From positions 91,658,609 through 91,696,169 of the forward strand of contig NC_068981.1 of NCBI RefSeq assembly GCF_001194135.2: 37,561 nucleotides of DNA. Reading direction: 5' to 3'. Shown piece by piece: positions 24,715-35,452 of the stretch; the first letter of the stretch is position 1, and each line of letters opens with the position of its first letter. The position numbers were made by a program, and so were the translations under genes. The stretch is from Octopus bimaculoides (lineage: Eukaryota). The notes beneath the pieces were generated by a model. The model was not told the DNA's origin. It worked only from the letters and a program-made list of their open reading frames with translations, and searched no databases.

Positions 24715-25537
24715 GTAAGTCGCAATAGAACTGGCGAACGTGACATTAGGTGGCCGCACGAACTGCTAAATATACGTTCTAATCTCTCCGAAAACGAATT
24801 TACCATTTAAAACAGAGAGAAAACTAAACAATGTAGTCATATATAAACTATTCTTAAAGTAGGTAAATTTTTCAACGTCTTGGCTTTTTAAAACATTTAT
24901 AGCTGCATTTTATATTCTATTAATTTTTTACAGATTGAATACACAGTTATAATGATAGCTACCAAAACACTTTTCTGTATTAAAGAATGGCCATTAAGTT
25001 TTAAAATATAATGAAGTTAGACAAATTGTGTGAGTGGATGTCAACGAATGAAAACAAAGTGTGAAGATATTGTATTATCTAACATGAGTTGTTTATAGTT
25101 TCTATAATAGTTCGATCAAAGCTTCCCTCATCAAATATAAGAAAAAATATGAAACAAGTGTTTGGGGAGCTACTTTAGTGTGTTCCAACCGAAAGCATTA
25201 ATAGATTACTGTATTTGTACTTGTGGCCGGTAGAGATAGTTTCATTAGTAACAAGTTGTGCGGTGTGTCACAAATAGGATCAGCGCATGGTTTTGGAAAC
25301 AAGAGAGTGTAGGTGTGTGAAAGACAAAAAAGAAAAAAAAAAAAGAAAAAAAAAAAAAAAAAAAAAAAAAAAANNNNNNNNNNNNNNNNNNNNNNNNNNN
25401 NNNNNNNNNNNNNNNNNNNNNNNNNNNNNNNNNNNNNNNNNNNNNNNNNNNNNNNNNNNNNNNNNNNNNNNNNNNNNNNNNNNNNNNNNNNNNNNNNNNN
25501 NNNNNNNNNNNNNNNNNNNATATATACACATACATAG

Positions 25538-25654
25538 TTGGAAATGGATGCGTGGCGTTCAATTAAATAATATAAATAGTATTTATGTATATATACACAC
25601 ACACACATATTATTTATATTATTATTTAATTGAATGCCACGCATGCATTTCCAA
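25538..25654. repeat. Inverted repeat (about 33-44-bp arms) around a short (TA)(CA) tract; MITE-like
   Basis: 25538-25570 matches the reverse complement of 25622-25654 at 31/33, extending further with a 3-nt indel. Confidence 0.8.
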
Positions 25655-26670
25655 GTCAGTTTATCTTAACCTTGTTGATGCGACTCTACTCCATACTGTT
25701 TCCTCCCCTCTTTCTCTTTTTGCTTCTCTCGTTGCTCACACGCGACTATCCTCCATCATTCTTTTCCTCACGTGACTATCTTTCTTTCATGCACGGACTT
25801 TCTAAGGACTGGACGTCTCCTATCTCTCTCTTCTATCTTTTCTCTTTTCAAAGGACATATTTCTCTCAGCGTTCACTATTTTGCTCCTCATTCAGGTTTA
25901 ACGACCCTCCATGTTTGTTTTTGCGCGGTTTCTCTGTATGTCTCTACTGCCTTGCTTTTGTTCCTAATGTTGACCCTCCACAAATCCAAAATTTTATTTT
26001 GGTATTTATGGGAGCAACTGTCATCGAAGACTCATATTGTCGTTGATTGCTCGAACTGGGGAGTAGATAGAGAGCCGACAAGTGATGAAGGGTCATTCTT
26101 TGTATGACTTGTCCCATTTTTTCTCTCGTTATTTGGTTATTTAACTCATTTGGTATCGTATTGCATGTGGTTTACTGTTGGTGACGTCCTGTACCCATAT
26201 ATATATATATACGTGGGTGCACTCACACACATACATATTTCCGACAAGGATATGTAATCCCAATGTAATAATCCATATCCATCTTTCATATATCTATTAC
26301 AAAATGTTAATCGATTTTTATTTTTATTATTTCAGTAATGTAACAGCATATACAGAACAAACAAGGAGACTTACATACTGTTTGAAGTTAAATCATTGAT
26401 GCAAGGAATACGTAAACGAAGCATGCTGGATACCTACGATGACACATAAATAACACAAAATATCTTGATATTCCGTCGAATGATATTTCCCATTATAATA
26501 CTGTTCATATTTTATTTCATATCTGTCCCTCTATGGTTCTAGTTTCTGAAATTAGTTGACAAATAAAAAATAAGATATATCTGTATGTCACTAAGATATA
26601 TTAATTAGTTCGATACAGAAAACTATATGCAAGTATAATTTAATGTCCATCGATTAAAAAATCAAAGAAC

Positions 26671-26866
26671 ATGCCTGCTTTTATTAAATATGAAAATTCC
26701 TCAAAATTCTCAGAAGAAATGTTGTACGAAGATAACTGGGAAAGTTCAATTATAAATAATACCGCTTACCAAAATATCACTGCAAGTGATCTATATAAGC
26801 TGCTTCAGTTGCCATTGGAGGCCCACGAGTGCATGCTAGAGCAACTACGTCTTCCTAAACCACCCG
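26671..26866 (+). CDS. Probable first coding exon of a host gene; resembles the start of a class B (secretin/calcitonin-type) GPCR extracellular domain
   Basis: ATG with A at -3 and an in-frame stop upstream. 65 non-repetitive codons (MPAFIKYENSS...NITASDLYKLLQLPLEAHECMLEQLRLPKPP). Canonical G|GTAAGT phase-1 donor at 26867 and candidate acceptor at 26541-42. Three N-glycosylation sequons and a helix-Cys-Pro-rich linker pattern. The exon call is stronger than the family call. Confidence 0.5.
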
Positions 26867-27100
26867 GTAAGTATATTTACACATTATTACTATCTATTAT
26901 TGAATTCACAGAAATGTTGAAAAATATATTAATGAAATATGATATTTCCGTTGTCGACCGGCTTCGATTGTTTAGGTAAGCATGATTGGTACATTGATTA
27001 GTGCTAGTCATTCGATGCTGGTAGCAGATCAGATATTTTGTAAATAAATAGCAAAATAAATTTTAGAGGTGGAAATCAGCGATTGTTAATGAATTACAAG

Positions 27101-27215
27101 TAGGCAACCTGACAACCTGACAGAATCGTTAGGACGCCGGGAAAAATGTTTAGCAAAATTTTGTCCGTCTTTATGTCCCATGTTTCAATTCCAGACGAAG
27201 TCAACTTTGCCTGTC
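27101..27215 (+). mobile_element. 5' fragment of a SINE (family of 17640-17840)
   Basis: CAGAATCGTTAGGACGCCGGGAAAAATGTTTAGC...GTCAACTTTGCC aligns with the reverse complement of 17745-17840. Confidence 0.6.
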
Positions 27216-27235
27216 TTCACACACGCGCGCGCGCA

Positions 27236-28198
27236 TTGGGTCATCACTCAAATAATGTGGTTTTTAAATTGCATGACTGAAAGTAGGAGCGAGGCGGGAT
27301 AATATATCTGCATGAACTTGCTATAAAAAGCAGGTAGTAATTCTACCTTATTCTTATTCTTAATGCAAGTTTTAAAGAGTGCAGTTCGATATTATCAGTT
27401 ATTTTTTCAAAGCTATAATGGAAGTGACAAAGAGGCATATTCGGCATATTTTGCTTTATGAGATCAATAAAGACAACAACGTAACGGGAAGTGCAAGGAA
27501 TGTTAATGCAGTACATGGGGATCGAATAATAAGCGTAAAGCAGTGTCAACGGTGATTTCAGAAATTCCCAGTCGGAAACTACAGCTGAGAAGACGAGCCT
27601 CGTTCTAGAAGATCATTAGAGCTCAACGAGGACGTACTGCAAACCCTGGTCGAACAAAATCTCATCATAACTGTTGATGAAGAAGAGAAGCTTGGATTTG
27701 TTCATTCAACCATTCATCGACACCTATCTGCCATCAGAAAGGACAGCAAATTGTCTCATAATGTTCGTCACAAACGTTCCGAGTTTAATCGCGCGCAGAG
27801 GATGAATGTGCGCTCTTCTTTGTCGTCACGTCTCATGAATGAACCTTTTTTTAACCGAATAGTGACTAGTGACGAGAAATGGGTTCTCTATGAAAATGTC
27901 AAGCGCCGAAGACAGTGGATAGGGAAAGGAGAAACACCGGCACCCCACGCTAAAGTAGGTCTTCACCCAGGTAAAGTGTTGTTATCTGTTTGGTGGGATA
28001 TGAATAGTACTGGAGGAGTATTTTTTCGTCCCAGACAAGTGAATTTTGGAAGAGGGACCTGGCAAACTACCAGATAGATGGAAGATCATTGTAGAAAATG
28101 AAGGAGAGTATACTTTAGATTAAAATAGAATTTTGTTTATCTTGATTTAAAAAAATAAAAGAAGTATAAACGAATCGCAATATTTATGGAATACCCAA
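27236..28198 (+). mobile_element. Second mariner, internally deleted and pseudogenised
   Basis: Degenerate TIRs starting TTGGGT (27236) and ending ACCCAA (28198), with TA at 28199. Transposase from ATG 27418: MEVTKRHIRHILLYE...(two stops)...IVTSDEKWVLYEN...HPGKVLLSVWWD, then a deletion, then EFWKRDLA/LPDRWKIIVENEGEY and stop 28121-23. Confidence 0.9.
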
Positions 28199-28202
28199 TA
28201 TA

Positions 28203-28966
28203 TATGATGATTGCCTCTTTTTTGCAGAAGGTCATCTCTTGAATTAATAAATACTGTCAAGAGATCTTATATGACTAGCATGTCCTGCTCTTGACAAAGA
28301 AACTCTACTATAGATCTTACAAATATTTTAAAGCAGAAAAGTGTCTGGGTTGTAGTTAAGTCCGGTCTACGATGTGCTCGTTTCAAGATAGATTCTTCAA
28401 TTATTCGAGCTTCATATGCTTTACATCTATTGTAGATAATTTGTTTTCAAACTGATCGATCTTGCGTCATCTGCCCACCAGTCTTCAACTTTCACATTAA
28501 GAGCCTTAAGGCTGTTCTTGATAGCATCCCTAAAACGTTTCGTAGGTTTATGTCTCGGACGTTTGCCATGCTGCAATTCCCCCTAAAACAACTGCTTTGG
28601 CAAGATGTCGCCCTGCATCCTAGCATGTTGCCCAACCCAACGCATTTGATTGTGTATGAGGATCATTTCAATACTGGATGTGTTAGCTTGCTGAGGAACA
28701 ACGGGTGTCTGGTGTTAAAGACTTCCATTTGATATCTTGTATCTACCTTAGGCAAGTCTAATGGAATCTTTCTAAAGTCTTGATGTGGCGTCGATATGTC
28801 GCCCAGGTCTCAACGGAGTACAGGAGGACCGTTAAAATACCAGATTCATAGATGCTAAGCTTGATTTTGAAGGCGATGCTTCTATCAGACCACACACGAT
28901 TTTCAAGTCTTCCAAATGCTTTCCTGACTTTTTCAATTCTCAGGTTTATTTCAGAATCATGGGACC

Positions 28967-28968
<2 letters not shown>
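28203..28968 (-). mobile_element. 3' part of a decayed RTE-clade LINE
   Basis: Reads EINLRIEKVRKAFG...LLYSVETW...LERFH*TCLR...MRWVGQHARM..LPKQLF*GEL..GKRP..KPTKRFRDAIK, then a degenerate terminal zinc-finger (ICKIYSRVSLSRAGHASHIRS) and an ATC-type tail. Confidence 0.85.
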
Positions 28969-29006
<38 letters not shown>

Positions 29007-29260
29007 ATAGATATCCTGCGTTTGAGAATTCAAAGTCACTTCCTTAACTTTCTAAGACATCTCAACGCTTATATATATATATATATATATGTATNNNNNN
29101 NNNNNNNNNNNNNNNNNNNNNNNNNNNNNNNNNNNNNNNNNNNNNNNNNNNNNNNNNNNNNNNNNNNNNNNNNNNNNNNNNNNNNNNNNNNNNNNNNNNN
29201 NNNNNNNNNNNNNNNNNNNNNNNNNNNNNNNTATATATATAACTATCTATCTATCTATCT

Positions 29261-29262
<2 letters not shown>

Positions 29263-29310
<48 letters not shown>

Positions 29311-29319
29311 CGATCGATC

Positions 29320-29354
<35 letters not shown>

Positions 29355-29380
29355 CGATCGATAGATGGACAGATAGATGA
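29263..29380. repeat. (GATA)n microsatellite
   Basis: Direct reading. Confidence 0.95.
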
Positions 29381-29524
29381 ACTGACAGCCAGCACACACA
29401 TGTATATATCCAGGGCATTTGGGCTAAATTTGACAGTTAACATAATAAGAAAAGAAAACACAACATTCTATCCAACCTTAAAAGCATATAAAAATAGTAT
29501 CTAGATTAAAGTTGGATGATAATA

Positions 29525-29745
29525 GTTTACACAAACTAGCCGTCTTCAGCTACCACCAGATATTCAAGACGTCTCCGGAATACAGTTCATGCCATCCTCG
29601 TTGGGTTCCTGGGAAGACTTTCGAACATTTACTTGATCTAGACCACCATCTCGGCGTTGGTGTTGCAAACAGAATGGTTGGTGTCCTGAATCGCACCCCA
29701 AACATGAGATTACAGGCAGGAGAATTAGGAGGCCAGAAATTAAGG
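29525..29745 (-). pseudogene. C-terminal fragment of a Tc1/mariner-superfamily transposase (WPPNSPxxN type, possibly DD37D-like)
   Basis: NFWPPNSPACN, then a frameshift, then VWGAIQDTNHSVCNT...MFESLPR...FRRRLEYLVVAEDG. Multiple stops. Confidence 0.75.
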
Positions 29746-29813
29746 CTGGTGAAGTATGAACATTTCTCCAACGGCCACATACTGAATCCTGAGATGAAAC
29801 CTGCTGCCTCGTA

Positions 29814-29858
<45 letters not shown>

Positions 29859-29863
29859 CAGTA

Positions 29864-29914
<51 letters not shown>

Positions 29915-30041
29915 AGCGTTGAGATGTCTTAGAAAGTTAAGGAAGTGACTTTGAATTCTCAAACGCAGGATAATACTAATGATATAGCCTGGACAGGATA
30001 AGCTACCTCTATTTTGCAGAAAACAGTGTTGGCGACCAGCT

Positions 30042-30890
30042 AAAATACAAAAATGGGACAAGAACGCATAATATCCAGACAGTTATGTGATACAAAAAGG
30101 AGACAACAAAACATCCAGACAGACGATACAAAGAAAACAAGGACGGGTCATTCGGAGTTTTCAATCCTCAGTCTAATTCCAGATTATCTTTGCAATTTCG
30201 GCTGGTTATACTCGAGATTGCTCCAATTTCGCCAGCCCCAAGGAAAAACTAACCTAAGAGCATTAGATTCCTTAGAAGAAAGCAGCGAATGTATAACGAA
30301 AACAAGGACGGGAAAAAAAACGGAGAAATGTTACACAAATACAAATTCAATAACAGGACATAACAACAGGTGTCTTTCGACTGAGGACGAATTAAATTAA
30401 GCTGGCTTGTATGGGAGAAAAGCCTTACGGCAAGGACATATGATTTGACAGGCACAGGGAGGAATATAGATGTTGCACGGATGGTAATCGAACCAAGAAA
30501 GAAAGGCAGGCTTGGCCGAACACCGGTCATGTGGGGAGAGAAGAGAGAGAAGCAGAGGCAGAGGGACAGAAAACTTAAGAAGGGGGCGAGAAAAAATGAA
30601 AGGGACACAGTGAAGTGGAAGAGGAGGCCAAGAAATGTGAGAGAGGAGGAACGAAAGAACGAAGAGTGGAATGAACGAAGTAAGTGTGAAAGGGCTGATA
30701 GAAAGAAAGAAAGGATGAAAGAATAGCAAAAATATTAGAGTCGTACAAAATTTAAATAGATATATATATATACTTACATATAAGAGACCGAAGTGTAGGT
30801 ACGCCGCTATATTTTTAGATATAAAAAATACAAAAACGGGACAAGAACGCAAAACATCCAGACAGTTAGGTGATACAAAAAAAAGGACAA
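30042..30890 (-). mobile_element. Probable Penelope-derived remnant bounded by a direct repeat (pLTR-like)
   Basis: 30042-30098 and 30825-30881 match 53/57. The minus frame near 30390-30480 (VLAVRLFSHTSQLN) weakly resembles a GIY-YIG C-terminus. The family call is inference. Confidence 0.35.
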
Positions 30891-30931
<41 letters not shown>

Positions 30932-31507
30932 GTAACGAGTTATTTCACATAAAACCCTCACTTTCCCTTGGCTAGGCATCGTATTTTGTGACATATGTCG
31001 TACATTGATTTACCGTTTACTTGAGCTGGTTGAGTCACAATTTTAGGAAATGATGGAATAGCGATATCGTTGTTACAATTTTATTTTCCTGGTTTGAATT
31101 TGATGATATTTCCATTTTTCCCAATTAAGCCAATGCTCCAGCGACATTATTTTCTCTGCTTTCAAATTTTCAAACTTGTTTACGCTTCAAGCTATAACTT
31201 TTTTTATAGTGTTTCTTTTTTTTGTATTCGTTCGTATATAACTTGGATGTTGTATTTCTTTTAATGTTTTTGCTACAGCTACTGTGACGAACACATCAGT
31301 CATCTGCCTCTGAGACAGTCGTTTAGCAATGCATAGAAAAAATGTAAATAAATGTCAGTAGAACGTGTAAGTAGTAATAAATATCTAATGACATATATAC
31401 ATCGTAGTACTTGTTCTAATATTCTGAAGCTCTATGGAGATCATAATAAAAGAAATAAAGAACTTGCTCATTTTTAAAAATTATTAATGATAATGATGAT
31501 GATGATG

Positions 31508-31542
<35 letters not shown>

Positions 31543-32178
31543 TTACACAAGTGCGAAGGATGAGGGGGACAGTACAAAGACTGACATAAAGTGTGGGTGT
31601 TTACATATTATGGTATTATAAAATAAAAAAAAGTATATACAGTGTACATTAGAAGAAGGGAAGTATACATAAGCATGCGACACTAGAAAAAGAGAGGAAA
31701 TAAGCAAAACAAAAAAGTGAGAGTGATGGGAACCTCTGATACAGGAAGGCCTGTAGGGATAATCAAAGAACCCCACCATCTAAGATCACCCTGAATACCA
31801 AGGACGAGAGCTCTTTCCAACTACTTTCTTCAGACTTGCAGCTCTACACTGAGAATAGTACCATATACTTTTGCCATTTTCGCAACTTTCACCCACCTTC
31901 ACATAAATTCACTTGAAGGCATCACCTCCATCTCCACCCTCATTTTCCTTTACAAGTAAAACTTGTAAAAGTCGAGGAGGCCTTTACCAAAGAGGAATAT
32001 TTCTGTCCTCATTCCTTTCAGCCTCGGCCACCAGACAGCCCCTTTCGCAACAACCACCAGCCAAAGGAAAACTGCCTTGCCAGCTCGATTAAAAGGGGGC
32101 GGCGGGGTATTCCTCATTATGGACTCGGACGATAGACGGATCTGTCCTACATGCGACAGCAGCTGTTCGACATCACTC
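31543..32178 (-). mobile_element. 3' end of an L1-clade (Tx1-like) retrotransposon ORF2 plus 3'UTR, abutting (TTA)n/(TCA)n
   Basis: Reads VEQLLSHVGQIRLSSES...AVFLWLVVVAKGAVWWPRLKG...FYKFYL*RKMRVE...EFM*RWVKV, resembling the Tx1 C-terminal AK..IW..R / F..RW pattern. Pyrimidine-rich UTR; trinucleotide tract at 31486-31542. Confidence 0.55.
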
Positions 32179-33461
32179 CGCATTAGAACGCGTCTCTTCC
32201 ATTGGAATGAGTCCCTTCCATTTTTTGTGAGACCTTCCAATTCAAATGGCTAAGATAAAACATGACTCAAATATAACGATGATAATCTATGAAGAGCGAA
32301 TTTCTCTTCTAATTGATCCGTCACGTTCATTTGATTTCAGGAATGTGAAGAAAGAAGATGAAATGTTAAAGATTACAATTCCTTAAGATTTGTGATTTGC
32401 GATGATTTGGAAAATGAAATCTATGAGGGTTGTGCATTAAGTAATTAGTTGTTTAGAATCTGTCAGGAATGACATAGAGAAATGGTTAAAGAACATTTGA
32501 ATTGGATCTTCCGTAGTGCTTCCACAGAAGCTTTCCTTCTTGGAAGATATAAGGTATAGAAACAGTATTTTCTTAGAGGTAATCATCCCTTTAAGAGGTT
32601 AATATATCCTCTAATTAACTTATATATATATATATATNNNNNNNNNNNNNNNNNNNNNNNNNNNNNNNNNNNNNNNNNNNNNNNNNNNNNNNNNNNNNNN
32701 NNNNNNNNNNNNNNNNNNNNNNNNNNNNNNNNNNNNNNNNNNNNNNNNNNNNNNNNNNNNNNNNNNNNNNNNNNNNNNNNNNNNNNNNNNNNNNNNNNNN
32801 NNNNNNNNNNNNNNNNNNNNNNNNNNNNNNNNNNNNNNNNNNNNNNNNNNNNNNNNNNNNNNNNNNNNNNNNNNNNNNNNNNNNNNNNNNNNNNNNNNNN
32901 NNNNNNNNNNNNNNNNNNNNNNNNNNNNNNNNNNNNNNNNNNNNNNNNNNNNNNNNNNNNNNNNNNNNNNNNNNNNNNNNNNNNNNNNNNNNNNNNNNNN
33001 NNNNNNNNNNNNNNNNNNNNNNNNNNNNNNNNNNNNNNNNNNNNNNNNNNNNNNNNNNNNNNNNNNNNNNNNNNNNNNNNNNNNNNNNNNNNNNNNNNNN
33101 NNNNNNNNNNNNNNNNNNNNNNNNNNNNNNNNNNNNNNNNNNNNNNNNNNNNNNNNNNNNNNNNNNNNNNNNNNNNNNNNNNNNNNNNNNNNNNNNNNNN
33201 NNNNNNNNNNNNNNNNNNNNNNNNNNNNNNNNNNNNNNNNNNNNNNNNNNNNNNNNNNNNNNNNNNNNNNNNNNNNNNNNNNNNNNNNNNNNNNNNNNNN
33301 NNNNNNNNNNNNNNNNNNNNNNNNNNNNNNNNNNNNNNNNNNNNNNNNNNNNNNNNNNNNNNNNNNNNNNNNNNNNNNNNNNNNNNNNNNNNNNNNNNNN
33401 NNNNNNNNNNNNNNNNNNNNNNNNNNNNNNNNNNNNNNNNNNNNNNNNNNNNNNNNNNNNN

Positions 33462-33544
<83 letters not shown>

Positions 33545-33715
33545 TATGTATGTATATGTGTGTGTGACTGTGTGCGTGGATGCGTGTGTGGGTTTGTATA
33601 CTATGTGGGCGTTTGTGTATATGTTTGTGTATGCATACACACACATATGCTAGCAGAGGGATATGAACTATCAAGTGTAGCAATATTCATGCGTACCCAT
33701 AAACATATGCATGAA

Positions 33716-35452
33716 TATATGTATATATAAAAGGCAGGCTATGTGTGTGTGTGTGTACGTGAACGTAATTTATGCACGTCCACAAATTAGCATGCATGTC
33801 ACTCCAATTTTAGGACGACAATCGTCATGACCCTAGCTGCATTTTCATCAGCTTTTTCTCTCGGAGGCACCCGCGTATAGCTGTAAAAATCGATTTTCAA
33901 CCATAACTTTTACCAATTTTGAAGTTTGCTAACATGGTGAAGTGAACGTATGCGTGTGAGAGGGAGAGAGAGAGAAATTGTGTGGTGGTGTATGTGTGTG
34001 TGTGTCTGACAGAGAGGGGGAGTGAGGGAGAGTTACAGATTGTTTGCCAGTGTCTAACAAAAAAGAAAGTAATGAAAAAGTGGGATAGGGAGACAGAAAG
34101 CGTCTAACGACAGAAAAGGTAGGCGTGAGTAAGGAAGACGGAGTGTCAGCATAAAATGCTTTTTTTTTTTCTTAAACATGAGATATAATTTCAAATATAG
34201 GATGTTTTTGAAAGACACTATATTTTATAATGAGATTATATATACTTTCTCATGCAAAAATTAAAATATATTTATTTTAAATCATTCATTTATTTTAAAT
34301 CGTTCATTTTTCTCCCCCCTCTCACTCTCTGACACACATACATACTACTTTGGGAGCGAAATAGTTTTGTTTATATTTCATGCCGAAGAAAAAAGTTTAT
34401 TGACAATCCATTTATTTAACAACAATGAAACAAAGAGATATGTAACAATTTGTCAGTGAATTACACAATATAAATGGATAAAATTTCCGCGGCTTCCACC
34501 ACACCCCAATCCATTTTTCGGACCACAAATAGGGTTTTGTAGCATATTAGCAGGCCAGGATAGCTGATTCCACGCGAAAAATCCGATTTATTATTTTCTT
34601 AGTGAAAATCGTGCGAGTGTTATCTAAAAATTTAGCCGGAGTTTTTCATGGTAAATTTGAGATTTGAAAAAAAATTTTACCCATATTCTTAATCTCCGTA
34701 TTTTCCCCGTACATAGAAAAATAGATGGTGAAAAGATCAATGTGTGAGGGGAGTGAAATTCCGAGGATTTCAGCACACTGGTGGCAGGCATCCATTTTGG
34801 AGAGCCATGCTTTTCACATGGCCAACTTTATGTGGCCCGCTCCCGTTTAGGTTGCAGAACCGCTCTTTTTGTGTATGCTTCTCAGGGCAGAACACGCAAT
34901 GTGGTCTATACCGACGTTTTATAGACAAGTTGTCGTTGCAACCGATATGGTTATAAACAGTGATCCGGAAGCATTGGCCGGTCATATTCTCAAACCATGG
35001 CAACAGGACTTAAGGACTCTTCCTCTTTTTTATTGGAAAATGCTGACTTATCCAACAACAATGCTCACTCGGCCGATATCAGTGATTGGCTAAGATGCTC
35101 ATAGAGTTAACCTAGAAGGGACAGGCACCTTATTTTTTGGATAAGGCTGTTGGTAAGTTTTCCTAAGTTACTCCAATTCAGATCCCCAATGCAAACCTTC
35201 AGGTCAACCTTCTCCTATGTAGATCTCTAATGCAACTTTAAAAAAAAGCAGTCAATGAGTGGAAATAACCGATAAACTAATTCCTTATGGGATTTTCCAA
35301 TCAAATTGCTAGCAAACCATTTTCAGCCAAACCAATTTCAACGGATTTCGCTCAAATCTGATGTCGATGTTACTTATTTTGGTTTTAAATAAAGCACTTG
35401 ATCACTTAATAATCCTAGCTTAATCCCGGGCAACGCCGGGCTATACTGCTAG
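33716..35452 (+). mobile_element. Non-autonomous Helitron derivative retaining the helicase C-terminus and canonical 3' end
   Basis: 34778-34924 reads LVAGIHFGEPCFSHGQLYVARSRLG...RTRNVVYTDVL* (Pif1-type motif VI). 3' hairpin CCCGG-GCAACG-CCGGG (35425-35440), then CTAG (35449-52) and T. The 5' boundary is uncertain. Confidence 0.75.

Larger units (their letters stand above)
29012..29972. repeat. Perfect 59-bp inverted repeat (29012-29070 / 29914-29972) with (TA)n on the inner sides
   Basis: Base-by-base reverse-complement identity; the peptide ILRLRIQSHFLNFLRHLNAY appears on both strands in the ORF track. Confidence 0.95.
3555..33461. other. Ten assembly gaps (N runs)
   Basis: Gaps at 3555-4121, 4609-4889, 9002-9391, 11439-12211, 13374-13616, 15428-15437, 22101-22905, 25374-25519, 29095-29231 and 32638-33461; 4176 N in total. 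Confidence 0.99.

Noticed and set aside
25322-25373. Poly(A) run as the tail of a processed pseudogene
   Set aside because: No upstream AATAAA or coding similarity, and the run is cut by an assembly gap so TSDs cannot be assessed.
25630-26150. 138-aa and 111-aa hydrophobic ORFs
   Set aside because: Pyrimidine-rich low-complexity DNA gives F/L/S-rich frames with no domain motif; possibly an old repeat remnant.
26867-26979. 3' part of the 102-aa ORF 26671-26979
   Set aside because: It lies after a canonical GTAAGT donor and is AT-rich; more likely intron read-through.
30012-30075. TTTTGCAG acceptor with TGT TGG (CW) and TGG GAC (WD) codons as the next GPCR exon
   Set aside because: The motifs are in the wrong order, a stop follows, and the region overlaps a repeat.
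30397-30852. 151-aa hydrophobic ORF resembling a membrane protein
   Set aside because: It is the reverse translation of a GA-rich low-complexity tract.
3545-33683. Long ORFs in the track full of X or of YI/HT/CV/VC repeats
   Set aside because: They are translations of N-gaps and di/tetranucleotide microsatellites, not genes.
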